This document shows, piece by piece, positions 11,471 to 23,700 of a stretch of DNA of 64,000 nucleotides. Source of the stretch: Azolla caroliniana (lineage: Eukaryota > Plantae > Polypodiophyta); assembly GCA_043228905.1 (NCBI GenBank), contig JBHGNT010000014.1, positions 5,952,001-6,016,000 of the forward strand. Direction: 5' to 3'. Each line of letters starts with the position of its first letter. Position 1 is the first letter of the stretch. The notes beneath the pieces were generated by a model that did no database searches, was not told where the DNA came from, and saw nothing but the letters and a program-made list of their open reading frames with translations. The position numbers and the translations under genes were made by a program.

Positions 11471-14400
11471 CCATCGAACATGTCGGCGAAATTCCTCTCA
11501 GCCACATCGGGCAGAAAAGGGAAACTCATGAACGTGTTGCACATCCCGATAGTAACCAAGAACTTGGTGTCGGTTGGTCAGATCGTCGACCAGGGGATGC
11601 AAGTTCGATTCACACATCTTGAGTGCTACATCGAAGAGGAAGGTCAAGTTATCGCGCAAGGGCACCGTGATGGGAGGATGTTCATCCTCGACACCAACCA
11701 AGCCGGAACTGTGTTGTTTGCGAAAGGACAGAAGGTCGAATCGGATATCGACTTGTGGCACAAGTTGTTTGACCACGTTAACTTCCCACGGCTTTGTGAA
11801 ATGCAGACAAAGAACATTGTTTTCAGTTTGCCGAAATTTCGTGGCCGGAATGGCCAAGTCTGCAAAGCCTGCCAACTAGGGAAGCAACACCGACTTCCGT
11901 TCCCAAACGAGCGTAATCGGAGTTGAAAGCCACTCGAGCTAATCCATTCAGATGTGTGGGGATCGACACAAAATGTGAGTCTCGGTGGTAGCCGTTACTT
12001 CGTAACCATCATTGATGACTTCACTCGGCATACCTAGGCATGTACGATCGCAAAGAAGAGCGAAGTCTTCGCATGGTTCCTGAAGTTAAAAAACCTTCTA
12101 GAAAGGGAAACAAGGGGTAAGATCAAATGACTACGGTCCGATGGCGGGAAGGAGTACTTCTCTAACCAGTTCACAAGTAATCTACAGAAGGAAGGAATTC
12201 GACGCGAATTCTCGTGTAGATACACGCCGTAGTAGAATGGTATGGCCAAGCGAAAGAATCAGACAATTGAAGAAGCGTCCAGGGCAATGTTTGAAGAGAA
12301 GCATATGCCCAAGGTTTATTGGGCTAAAGCCGTGAGGACGGTTGTTTACTTTCAGAATCAGACTTCTGCTAATGGAGGAGTTTCGCCACATGAGTTGTAT
12401 TTGGGGAAGAAGCCGAACCTGGTACACTTGAGGATTTTCGGTAGCATTGTGCCGAAGGAGAAATGAAGGAAGTTGAACGCCAAAGCCGAAAAGTGCATCT
12501 TAGTCGGCTATTCAGACCAACAAAAGGGGTATAAGTGCTATAACCCCTGAACGAAGGAAGTTTGCGTAAGCCGAGATGTCATGTTCGACGAGTCCGCTTC
12601 GTGGTACTTGCCTTCGCCTCCAATCCCTAATGACTCCATTCCGAATTTTGAAGAAGAGTTCAGCGAGGCTAAGATGCCTTCGCGTGATGAGGATATCGGA
12701 GCTCTGAGAGAGACTCTGATCTCATTTTGGCTAAGCGGGCCGAATTAGGGGTTGAACTGATATGGCCAACCAAATGAAGAGCCGGTGAGTAGTGGAGACT
12801 CGGCCGTGTTGTCCCTGCGTAAAGAACCGAGGAGATGGTTTACGTGTAAAGAAAAAGGGAAGAAAAAAATTCCAGAATACGAGTTCGGCAGTTTCGAATC
12901 AGATAAGAGTGAGTCTGATTTCGGGCCAATATAAAATGAACCTCCACGGAAGAGGTCGAAATCGGCCGAAAAGGCCGTGAAATCCGGTAATCATGAATTA
13001 TAGCGATGAAGAACCCCGTAAAGAGGTACGGGTATAATGAGTACATGGCGGATCATTATGCATACATGGCGTGCATGGCGGAAGTGCGTGAGCTAGGGAG
13101 CTAGGTAGAAGCGGCGAAAGACGCAAATTGGTGTGTAGCGATGGAGCAAGAGATGTGCACTTTAGCGAACAATGAGACTTGGGACCTGGTTGACGCACTG
13201 AAGGGTGCAAAGCCGATCGGATGTATATGGGTGTATAAGGTGAAATACAACACCGACGACTCCGTCAATCAATATAAGGCCCGTTTGGTTGCAAACGGCT
13301 ACTCGCAGAAGCACGACATAGATTACGACGAGACGTTTGCGCTTGTCGCGAAGATGACCACGGTGTGCGTTCTGCTAGCCATAACAACGGTGAAGGGGTG
13401 GCACTTACATCAGATGGATGTAAAAAATGTGTTCCTGCAACGTGATCTTCAAGAACAGGTGTACATGGTACAACTCCCCGGATTTCTATCCGAACAGAAC
13501 ACTTCGACAGTTTGCCGATTGAAGAAGGTGTTATACAAACTTAAGCAAGCCCCGTGAGCTTGGAATGCGAAGATTACGCAACAATTGCGTAGAATGGGGT
13601 TTACGACATCCAAGTTAGACTCTTCATTATTCATTCAGGAAGGTCAACATGGACCGGTTTGCCTTCTACTGTATGTTGACGATTTAGTCATCGCCGGTGC
13701 CGACCTGGAAGAAATCGGCCGCGTCAAGTCTCAGCTCGCGTCATCTTTCGAAATGAAGGATCTTGGAGACTTTCATTACTTCCTCGGGATCGAAGTGATC
13801 CGCACGCCCGAAGACATATTGATTAGTCAATGTCATTACGCGTTGAATATGCTCTTCAAGTTTGGGATGGAAGATTGTAAGCCCATCTCGACCCCTCTGG
13901 ATAGAAACGTAAAGCTTCGTCGAGATTCGGGAAAGGCGTGCGACCCGACACGTTTTCGACATATTGTCGGAAGCCTCATCTACTTGACGATCACTCGGCC
14001 GGACCTCAACTATCCAGTTGCCTTGATCAATCAGTTTATGTTGCAGCCTACACCCAAACATTTTCAATGTGCGCAAAGGATATTGCGATATGTCAGTGGC
14101 ACTAAAGACATGGCGTTGTTGTATCAGGCAGGTGTAGCCAAACAATTAGTTGGCTACATGGATGCCGATTAGGCCGGAAATGCCAACGATCATAGATCCA
14201 CATCTGGATACGCATTCTCATTGCGAAGTGCGGTGATTGCGTGGAGCAGTAAGAAGCAGTCGACAATAGCACTATCAAGCACGGAGGCCGAATATCGAGC
14301 GGCGGCTGTCGCGACATGCGAAGTCTTTTGGCTGAAATGGCTATTACGGGATCTACATGTGGAGGTGTTCGATCCAACGATGATCTATTGCAACAACCTC

Positions 14401-14773
14401 AATAATATCAACCTTGCAAGCACATTGAGGTGCACTATCATTTTGTTTGCAAGCGGGTCCTTTCCGGTGAAGTTGAACTTGCGTATGTTCCGATGGGTCT
14501 GCATATTGCCGATATCTTCACCAAGCCCCTTGGTCTCGACAAGTTATGGCATTTCTCGGGTGTGGTTGGATTGTGTCACCTCGACATGCTGAACTTGAGG
14601 GGGAGACATGAACAGGAGCTGAGAAGGGCCACATGATCAGACAAGCCGATCGGAAGGGTCGAAGCGCGTGGAATCGAACGAGTCTAGGAACGTGAGGGAG
14701 GCGTGAAGCCAGGAGAGGTCGGAGCGAAGATCCGGAAGAGCAGATGGAACCTCAAGTTGAGCTTGAGAGGGAG

Positions 14774-15113
14774 TGTTGAGATAAAAGCTCAACATTGGGT
14801 GCGTAAACGAGTGTGTAACCTAGTCAATAATGGTGAGTAAACCGAGAGGCCGTTAGAACGTTATTCCTCGTAAGGAATAATTTTGGGAGTTAGTGTAGAA
14901 GGCTCATTTATGAGCAGTACTTGTGTTAGCCCAATAGTCAGGGCTTGTATAGAGAACATACAGAGAATTATTTTTGAATATATTTTCGTTTTCTGCTCTC
15001 TCTCTGTCTCTCCCTTTCCTTCTCTATGATTTCTACGTTTTACTGAACTGTCATACTTCCGACCGTGTACTCTGTGTCTTACGCATACGCTTCCACACAC
15101 GTATTCTTTTACA
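14774..15113 (+). repeat. 3' LTR of copia A
   Basis: TGTTGAG...TTTTACA, preceded by the polypurine tract GAGAGGGAG. Confidence 0.8.
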
Positions 15114-15374
15114 ACGCGCATTTCAGATGGGAGGTGGCCTATGAGGAGGCTAGGGAAGAAGCCATTGCAGAGAGAACTTGAGAAGGAGGGGGTGGCACAG
15201 AGGGAAGCGTAGCTAGAAGTCGACCTGACCAGGAATCGAACTGGTCGACAGTCCAATCCAGATGGAGTGCGATTTGGGCATGAATCGTTCAACCAAAACT
15301 GGCCAGAGGTGCGAAAGAGAATGAAGAGGTAGCTGGCCCCGATCGGCCGGAGATGGGTCCGGATGAGAGCATGG

Positions 15375-18300
15375 TGTCGTGAAGATTTCCGGCTATAGTG
15401 TGAAACCGGGGTGGAATGGGCAAGTCGGGGGTGTGCAACATGTGCACATGTATAGTAGGAAACAGTGCATAGAATAAGGGGGAGTATTTATCCCACATTG
15501 TAACGCATCCCTTTCCTTGTTCTATAAAAGGAAGGGAGCGCCTCATGTGAAAGGGTTGCCCATTTTGAGTCATAAGAGTATTATACCATTTTGTCGAGGG
15601 TCATTTTGTTTTCTAGGTTAGTAGCTTCCTGTTCTTCTTCTTCTTCTCCTCTTGAGAAGTTGGGCGCCGCAGCCATGGCGGCAAAGCTCTGTTAGGGTTA
15701 ACTTCTTCTGAGCATAGCCCGGCTCGAAGCCGGGGTTGTATTTTCACCTTGTAATATTTATATTCATATCTGTTTGTGCATATTGGTGTATTTGGTGGTG
15801 TCGGGAGCTTAATCCCTTGTTTCATGTGCATAAGAGTTGGTGTCGTGCGCATGCTCTCTCTCTCTCTCTCTCGTGTTTCGGTTTCTTGGCATCCATTCCT
15901 CCCTCGTCCGAGACCCCCATGGTCCCGCCCTTCTACACGCACGCGCTTAATAACGCGACATATTTGGTGAACCCGATGTGAAGGGCAGAAAGGGAGAATG
16001 GAATTGGAAGAAGACGACTTCACGCAACTTTTTGTCGAAGCGGTGAGGGAGTTTGGACAAGCAACAACAAGAAGGGAGATGGTGCATCAAGTTGTTGAGC
16101 AAGTGGTCGAAAGAGTTGGCCGTTTCAACGGGGACAAAGTCCCATTCTACTTGGAAACCTACAACGCGGAAATGGAGGCAATGCTTGAGGAAGAGGCAAT
16201 GCTCTCGAGGCAATGCTTGAGGAAGAGGAAAGATCGAGGCCACAAGCTGACGCCGAGGAGATGGATCTGCCCCATGAGAGGGTAGAAGATCGGTACCACG
16301 GTACCACAGGAGAGGGTGCGGAACAAAACGCCCTCTCGGATTGCGGAGATAGAGCGGCCGAGGACAAGGCCGGGATACCGATTGCATAATCAGAATGCTG
16401 GGACCGACGGTTTCGGGCACGTCAGCCCGAAACTCCGGACATTGGAGAAGCAAGCCTAGGTGGGGCTTGCACGATCGGCAAGAAGAAGACCACCGATCAT
16501 GAGGAGCCGATAGCTACAAACAAGGGCGTAAATAGGACGAGCGATTCTATGCGCCTTCCCACACTTGCTCCCAAGACGATGGCAGTCGGGCTCGAGTGCT
16601 CACGTGAGTCCCAAGAGGAGGAAGGTGGCGGCATGAGATCGGGAATCACCGGTGAGACGATATGGGGAAGGAACGAACAGGAGCCCTCCGAACTTATTCC
16701 GGAGAACTCGGCATTCGGGCCCTTACGCCCACGTGAGACCAAGGAGATGGATAACGGTATCGAGGAGTCCTGGCACAATGCTAGCGAAGATGGATGGGAA
16801 ATAGCCCATAAAAAGGTCGAAGAAGGGACCAGGAAACAACCCGACCGGGCACCGAACTGCGTGGCGCTCCGATTTGGGTGGAGCGCGATCTGGTCATGGC
16901 CTGAATCGGCATGAAGGGGCCGATACGGGAGAGGGTGCGGAACTAGCCACCCTCTTTTACATGGGGAGAAAGACCGACTGAACGAAGGTCGTGAATCGAA
17001 TGGAAGGTGATCAAGGGTTCAGAACGAGTCCGGCATCGGAGCCGAAACTCCGGACATTGGAGAATAAGGCCCAGGCAGGGCTTGGTGGATCACAAAGCAG
17101 ATGCTATCCACCGACACCACCAAAAGGGTCAATGTCCTGGGACAAGTCTCGGGAAGACATTATGAAATCGGTTACCCCACATCTTGTCCGGAGACTTCAA
17201 CAGTTCAAGCCGACATGGTAACGTGAGGCCGAAAGAGAAGGGAGATGGTGGGGAACCGCAAGAAGGGGGAACAACGGAGACAGAGAGAAACGGAAGAGGC
17301 GGTTGACTAAAGTATGGGTCCTCCACACTCGTTCCCGAGACTTAAGAGGTTGCGTCCGAGAACCAATGGAAGACCTAAGAGACGGAAAGGTGGCGGCGAG
17401 GACACGAAGGTCACAACCAATACAATTGATCCAGGAAGAGGAGGAACGAACACCGGTCCTATGGGTCACCTCACACTGGGCTAGAGACTTCGGCAGTCGG
17501 CATCAGATCTGACGTAAGACCAAGATACTGACGGTGGCGGCAAGAGAAAGGGACCCAACAATGTGGAGTGACAGACGAACACGGACGAGAACCGGGCGGA
17601 GCGAACTTCTGGATAACCGATCCGGAAGAGGGGAGAGAGCAGGCCTACGAAGAGGCCGGGAACACAGTACGACGGTGCCACGGGAGAGGGTATGGAGCGA
17701 GCCACCCTCTTGACTTGTGGACAAAGACGACCTGGGATAAGGGTCAGAGATACGACAAGCCCAAGGAGGATCCTTCACACCGGATCTAGAGACTTCGGTG
17801 GTTGGCGTCGGATCCGACGTAAGACCAAGAGACTGACGGTGGCGGCAAGGGGACGAGGGCAAAGGCAGCGATGGGTGTTCCTATGGGATCCTCACACCGA
17901 TCCAGAGACACTGACAGTTCAAACCGACATGGAAACGTGAGACCGAGTGAGAAGGATGATGGTGGTAGGAAACGGGAACCGGCGATGCAGGGAAGTGCGA
18001 ATGGGCGTTCCTATGGGATCCTCACACCGATTCGGAGACACCGGCAGTTCAAGCCGACATGGCAACGTGAGATCGAGTGAGAAGGATGGTGGCGGCAGGA
18101 AACAGGAACCGGCGATGGAAGGAAGTGTGGATGGGTGTTCCTATGGGATCCTCGCACCAATCCGAAGACACTCGCAGTTCAAGCCGACATGGCAATGTGA
18201 GACCGGGTGAGAAGGATGGTGGCGGCAGGAAATGGGAACCGACGATGCAGGAAGAGCGGACCGGGAGCCGGCAAAGCCGGAGTTGATGAGGGCTGAACCC

Positions 18301-18600
18301 TTACTGGCCGGTTATGGTTTCAGAAGGAAGCTGGTGAGGGGTAAGCACGAAGCGGAGCAAGAGACGTGCGAGTGGCCATCGAGGGCCGAAGCAAGCACCA
18401 GTATAGGACGGTGTTCGGCACAGGCAGTGCCAAACAAGGAAGGTGGAAAACGGCACACGGTGGTGTCGGGAACGAGAGAGCACGACGACCATAGAAGGAA
18501 CAAGGAGCGCATATTGGGGTCACCTAAGGACCGAAGAACGAACGTGCATTCTGGAAATGATACTGGCACACGGGAACGAACACAACTTCCGCATGTCGAA
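15375..18600 (+). mobile_element. tRNA-Trp-primed LTR element (gypsy-like, apparently non-autonomous, 3' end missing)
   Basis: LTR 15375-15960 (TGTCGTG...CGCGACA) and PBS TGGTGAACCCGATGTGA 15965-15981. A short gag-like N-terminus lies at 15998-16285 (GRFNGDKVPFYLETYNAEM), followed by non-coding repeats. Confidence 0.65.
17871..18260 (+). repeat. 130-bp tandem repeat, 3 copies
   Basis: ATGGGYGTTCCTATGGGATCCTC starts at 17871, 18001 and 18131. Confidence 0.9.
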
Positions 18601-20070
18601 AAGTCGTTTCGGTTCGGTCTTCGTAATACTTCGATTCGGATGAATCGGCTTCCGACATTTCAAACTTGGTTGTTTGGCATTTCGGCTTCATGCTCGTTGT
18701 TCATCGTACTTCAACTCCTCTGGTCGGTTACTTCTGCTTCTCGGCTACTTTCGAGTCACTTGTTGTACTCCCCGTCAAGCTTGGCAATGTAGAGATCGTG
18801 AGACCAAGGCCTGATACGAATTGGCTGAGCGTGTCAACTCTTAGGCCGTCGTAAAGATGTCAACAATTTGAAGGTTTGTACTTATGTGTTGGAGATCGAT
18901 TTCGCCGGCCTGAACGTGCTCGCGAATGAAGTGGTAGTGCACTTCGATGTGTTTAGTCCGCGGGTGGAATATTGGTTTCCGAACGAGGTAGATGTCGTTC
19001 ATGTTGTCGTAGAAGAGGCGAATTGGATCTGTGATGGGAATGCCCAAGTCCTTTAAGATGCATTTGAGCTAGATTTTTGTGTGCCTATATTCGGCCTCCG
19101 TGCTCGATAATGTGACAGTTGGTTGCTTGTTGCTGCTCTAGGACATCGCTCTGCTGCCGAGGGAGAAGAAGAATCCGGAAGTGCGCTTATAACCAGCCCA
19201 TTCTGCGTCCCTGTACCCTTTGAGTTGAATAAGCATATTCGACATATACATGATGTCGTAATCCATTGTTGTACTAACACACCGAAATATCATCTTAGCG
19301 CATTCAGACGATCATTTCATGGTTCTACAGAATTTGGCTAAGTAGGCCGACTGAATAGTTGAGGTCAGGTCATGTGATGGTTAGATAAATCAGGTTGCCG
19401 ATCAGTTGTCAATACTGAGTTGGAATGCACTCGGTTGTGCCCGAATTGACATTGAGCTTGAGATTTCGGCCGAGAGGGGTAGACACGGGTTTGCACTCGG
19501 TCATTCCAAACTTGTAGAGTAAGATGAGAACGTAGTGTTGTTGGGAGATCAATATCCCGACTGGTGTTCAAATTACCTCGATGCCAAGGAAGTAATGGAG
19601 CTCGTGCAGGTCTTTCATTTCGAATCTGTGGGATAGGAAAGATTTAACCTTAGTGATCTCAGCGAGATCCTTTCCTCCGATTACTAGATCATCCACGTAT
19701 AGGATAATGACAATCGGGTTGTGTGGCTCGTTTCGGATGTACAGGGAGTTGTCCAATTTCGACATTCGAAAGTTGATTTGTTAAAGATACGGAGTGATCC
19801 TCAAATATCAGGCATGTAGTGCTTGCTTGAGGTTGTAGATCGGCTTCTTGAGTTGGCACACAACTTTCAGATGAGTACGCGATTTGAAGACGGGTAGTTG
19901 TACCATATACACCTCCTCTTCCAATTCGCCTTCAAGAAAGGCGTTCTTGACATCTATTTGGTGGAGATGCCACCCTTTTGCGGCTGCGAGTGCAATTAGT
20001 ATCCACACACTCGTCATCTTTGCCACCGGGGCAAAGGTCTCCTCGTAGTTGACTCTGTGCGTTTGTGCAT
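18600..20070 (-). pseudogene. Ty1/copia RT/RNase H remnant
   Basis: Fragments LHQIDVKNAFL, ILYVDDLVI and RTKHIEVHYHFIRE, with an unrelated ~270-bp insert near 19060-19335. Confidence 0.8.
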
Positions 20071-20308
20071 TAGACGATGTAGTCTAGCATCCAAGTCTTG
20101 AAGCTTTAAAGGTATTTGTGCAAAAGGTTCGCTCACTCGAAAGATTTATTCATATGTTGACATGCTTACGTCTATCAAGATTTATGTATCGGATGACCCT
20201 ACTTGTGTTTGGAGAGTTGATGAAGACATAATAATTTTGGTAAACTCTTTCTTTGTATTGACAAGGAGAAAGATGGTGATGACAATTGTCAATGTGGGTG
20301 TGGGTGTG

Positions 20309-20675
20309 TGTTGAGCGGCAAGCTCAACCGGAGCCGGATCGACTGAATAAGCCTGAGCCGGTAAGTGAGATGAATCGGTATGCCGGTGAGCAACCGAGCC
20401 GGTAAGCAATAAGGACTGGTGAGCTGGGGAGCCGGTATGCCAGATCCAATCCGTAATCGGAAGCCTAGTATAGGTTAGACTACTAGGCAGTTATAGTCTC
20501 GTAGTTAGTGTCAGATGCTCGTGTGAGCATTTAAGTACACCGTACTTCTAACAGTCCCGTGTGGACTTGTATAAATAGCGCTGATGAGCGCGTTGTAGAT
20601 ACAAAGCACGGAGTATTCATATAATTTTGAAATATAGTGTGTCTTGCTCTCTCTCTCTCTCTCTGTCTCTCCCGC

Positions 20676-20719
<44 letters not shown>

Positions 20720-23700
20720 GTTCTTTCTAACGCTTCCGCAAGCAATCTTTTACATGGTATCAGAGCATGAGGTTGAGAGCCTCTGTTGTAGACATCTACG
20801 CTTGTGAAGGAAACCCTAACAGATCGGAAAGCAGACACAAAAGGAGAAATGGACAAAGGTATGGCTATGTAGCTCCCGGTGGAGAAGCTCGACAGAACCA
20901 ACTACGCATCTTGGTCATACAAGATGCACCAGTACCTGCTTGGGCATGGCTACTGGAGTTATGTCGACGTAGTGAAGGACTTCCTAGTGTGGGAACAGGT
21001 GGCAAGCTGGGTGATGTACTGCTTCGCGTCCAGTGTCGGTGGCTGCTCAGCCATATCCGTGACGCCAAGACACCGAAGGATGCTTGGGGAAACTTGAAAA
21101 AGGTTTTCGCCTCAAGCACCATTTCCCGGAAGCTGCAACTCAGACAGGAGTTGAGCAATGTTCGATAGAAGAACATGTCGGTGGCAGATTACACAGCCCG
21201 GTCAAAGGGATCTGTGACTCGCTTGCCTCTATTAACTTCACCGTAGAGGAAGACGAGATGGTGCAGGTCTGTCTTGGAGGCCTGGCATCCAAGTTTGGAG
21301 CTTTCCGGACTACGGTTTGTACAAGGGAGAATACGCCCTCATTTTTCGACTTACAGTCGATGCTCCTTGTAGAGGAGAACCACGTCGGTGCATCTACCAG
21401 TGCATCCCCAGACAGCCAGATGTTGTACACAGGAGCGGATCGGTCCCGTGGGCATGGTGGACGAGGCAGGCCGGCCTGCAAGAGCAGGAACGAAGGCATA
21501 GTGAGCGTGCCGACAGCAGTTCCAGGACTTCCATAAGCAGGGGGAGTCAAGGTGGTGCCAGACGCCGGCAAGACAAATCCGCTACGGAATGCTGGTACTG
21601 TGGCGAAAATGGCCACAGGGAAAGCGAGTGCTGGAGAAAGCGTGCCGATTCGGACAAATCCGGATCCGGCAAGACCGGTAAGGAAGGCTGGCAAAGCTCG
21701 CACTACGCAAACGGATCGGGAGGATCCAAGAATGGTAAGGGGCCAGCCTTGGTGATGAAGCACAAGGCAAACTCAATGAAGAAGACCACTTCCAAATCGG
21801 AGGAAGTGTGGTACGTTGACTCCGGCGCATCGAACCACATGACGAGCCACGGGGAGTGGTTCTCCTTTTTGGAGAAGCCGGATCAACCGGGAGTTGTCAA
21901 AACCGGAGACGACACTCCGCACCCGATCGTGCACATCGAAGAAGTCCCTTTGAGCCACGTCTGACAGAGGGAGAAGCTGATGAATGTATTACATGTTCCG
22001 ACGATCACAAAGAACCTGGTGTCGGTCAGACAGATCGTCAACCAGGGGATGTAGGTGCGGTTTACGCACCTCAACTGCTTCATTGAGGATGAGGGCGAAG
22101 TTATTGTGCAAGGGCGCAGAGATGGGAGGATGTTTATCCTCAACACCAATGATGTCGGCACCGCACTGTTTGCCAAAGGACAGAAGGTCGAGTCGGATAT
22201 CAACCTGTGGCACAAGCGGATCAGCCACGTCAACTACCGAAGGCTTCAAAACTTGCAAACGGAACAAGTCGTTTTTGGTTTGCCGAAGTTTAGTGGCCGG
22301 AGAGCCCAGATTTGTAAAGCCTGCCAACTCGGGAAGCAACACCGGCTTCCATTCACCACCGAAAGAAATCGAAGCCGTAACAAGCTCAATCTTATCCATT
22401 CGGATGTGTGGGGACCGGCACAAAATGTTAGCATTGGCGGGAGTCGATATTTCGTCTCCTTCATCGACGACTACACGCAGCATACGTGGATCTACCTCAT
22501 TGAGCAGAAGAGTGAAGTCTTTGAGTGTTTTCGGAGCCTCTAGAAGAACGGGAATCGGAGAGGAAGATTAAATGCCTACGGTCGGATGGCGGAAAAGAGT
22601 ACTTTTCCGGCCAATTCAACAACTATCTGCAACAAAAAGGAATTTAGCGTGAATTCAGCTGTAGATACACACCGCAACAGAACGGTGTGACCGAAAGGAA
22701 GAATCGGTCGCTGATTGACGCGGCTAGGGCAATGCTAGAGGAAAAGAGCATGCCCAAGTTCTACTGGGCGGAGGCGGTCCAAACGGCCATTTACATCCAG
22801 AACCGGATCGAGGACAAGGTGTTAGCTCACGAGCTATATTTCGGGTGCAAGCCGAATTTGAGACACCTCTGGATATTCGGCAGCATAGTCTATGTACATG
22901 TGCCGGATGAGAAGTAGAGAAAGCTGGATGCAAAATCAGAAAAATGCATCCTAGTCGGCTATTCTCAAGAGAAAAAGGGGTATAAGTGTTATAACCCCCG
23001 GATGAAGCAAGTCCCAGTCAGTCGAGATGTTGAGTTTGATGAATCGGCATCGTGGTATTCCTTACCAACTCCAACTTCCGATCCCGACCCGATGTCGGAG
23101 GATGGGGCTAGTGAGCCTGAACCGGCCCAGGTAGAGAAAGATGAATCCGGGACTCAAGATGAGAGTCCGGAATCATTCGGGTTAAGCGGACCGAATGAGA
23201 GACTGGGTCAGTCCAACCAGTTGGATGATGAGACGTCGAGTAGTGGAGACTCTGTCGTGCTCTCTGTGTGCAAGAAACCGAGGAGACGGTTCACACGCAA
23301 AGAGAAAGGGAAGCAGAAGATGCCGGAATTCGAGACTGGCAATGATGAGTCGGATCGGTACGTATCTAACTTCGGCAAGTACATAGGCAGATCTTCGGGA
23401 ACAAAGACCGAACCGGCCAAGAAGGGTCTCATACCGGGTAACGGTGAGTTACAGCGGTCCACCTGCCAGAAGGATCTCGTTAAACGGTACGGGTTTAATG
23501 AGTACATGGCGCATCATTATGCGTACATGACCAAGGTCGCAGAAGTGCGTGAGCCGGAGAGCTACGCAGAAGTGGCAAAGGACGCAAATTGGCGTGCCGC
23601 TATGGAGGAAGAAATGTGGGCACTGGATGCCAACGGAACTTGGGACTTGGTTGACCCTCCCCGTCATTGTAAACCGATTAGATGCAAGTGGGTGTACAAG

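Larger units (their letters stand above)
5759..15113 (+). mobile_element. Degenerate Ty1/copia element 'A' with nested insertions (possibly a recombinant)
   Basis: A partial 5' LTR (5759-~5940) matches the 3' LTR (14774-15113). The gag remnant (HQYLLGHGYWSYVEG) is at 6020-6525, and the integrase/RT/RNase H remnants (LYVDD) are at 11471-14600. A PPT precedes 14774. The flanks do not form a clean TSD (ACACC vs ACGCG). Confidence 0.7.

Noticed and set aside
20070-20308. Possible LINE ORF2 3' end continuing at 26225-26400
   Set aside because: It is the host of copia C, but it has no recognisable motif, so its identity cannot be supported.
20577-20600. CTGATGAG in the copia C LTRs as a retrozyme hammerhead
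   Set aside because: No stem II-GAAA follows; it is only a local GCGC hairpin.
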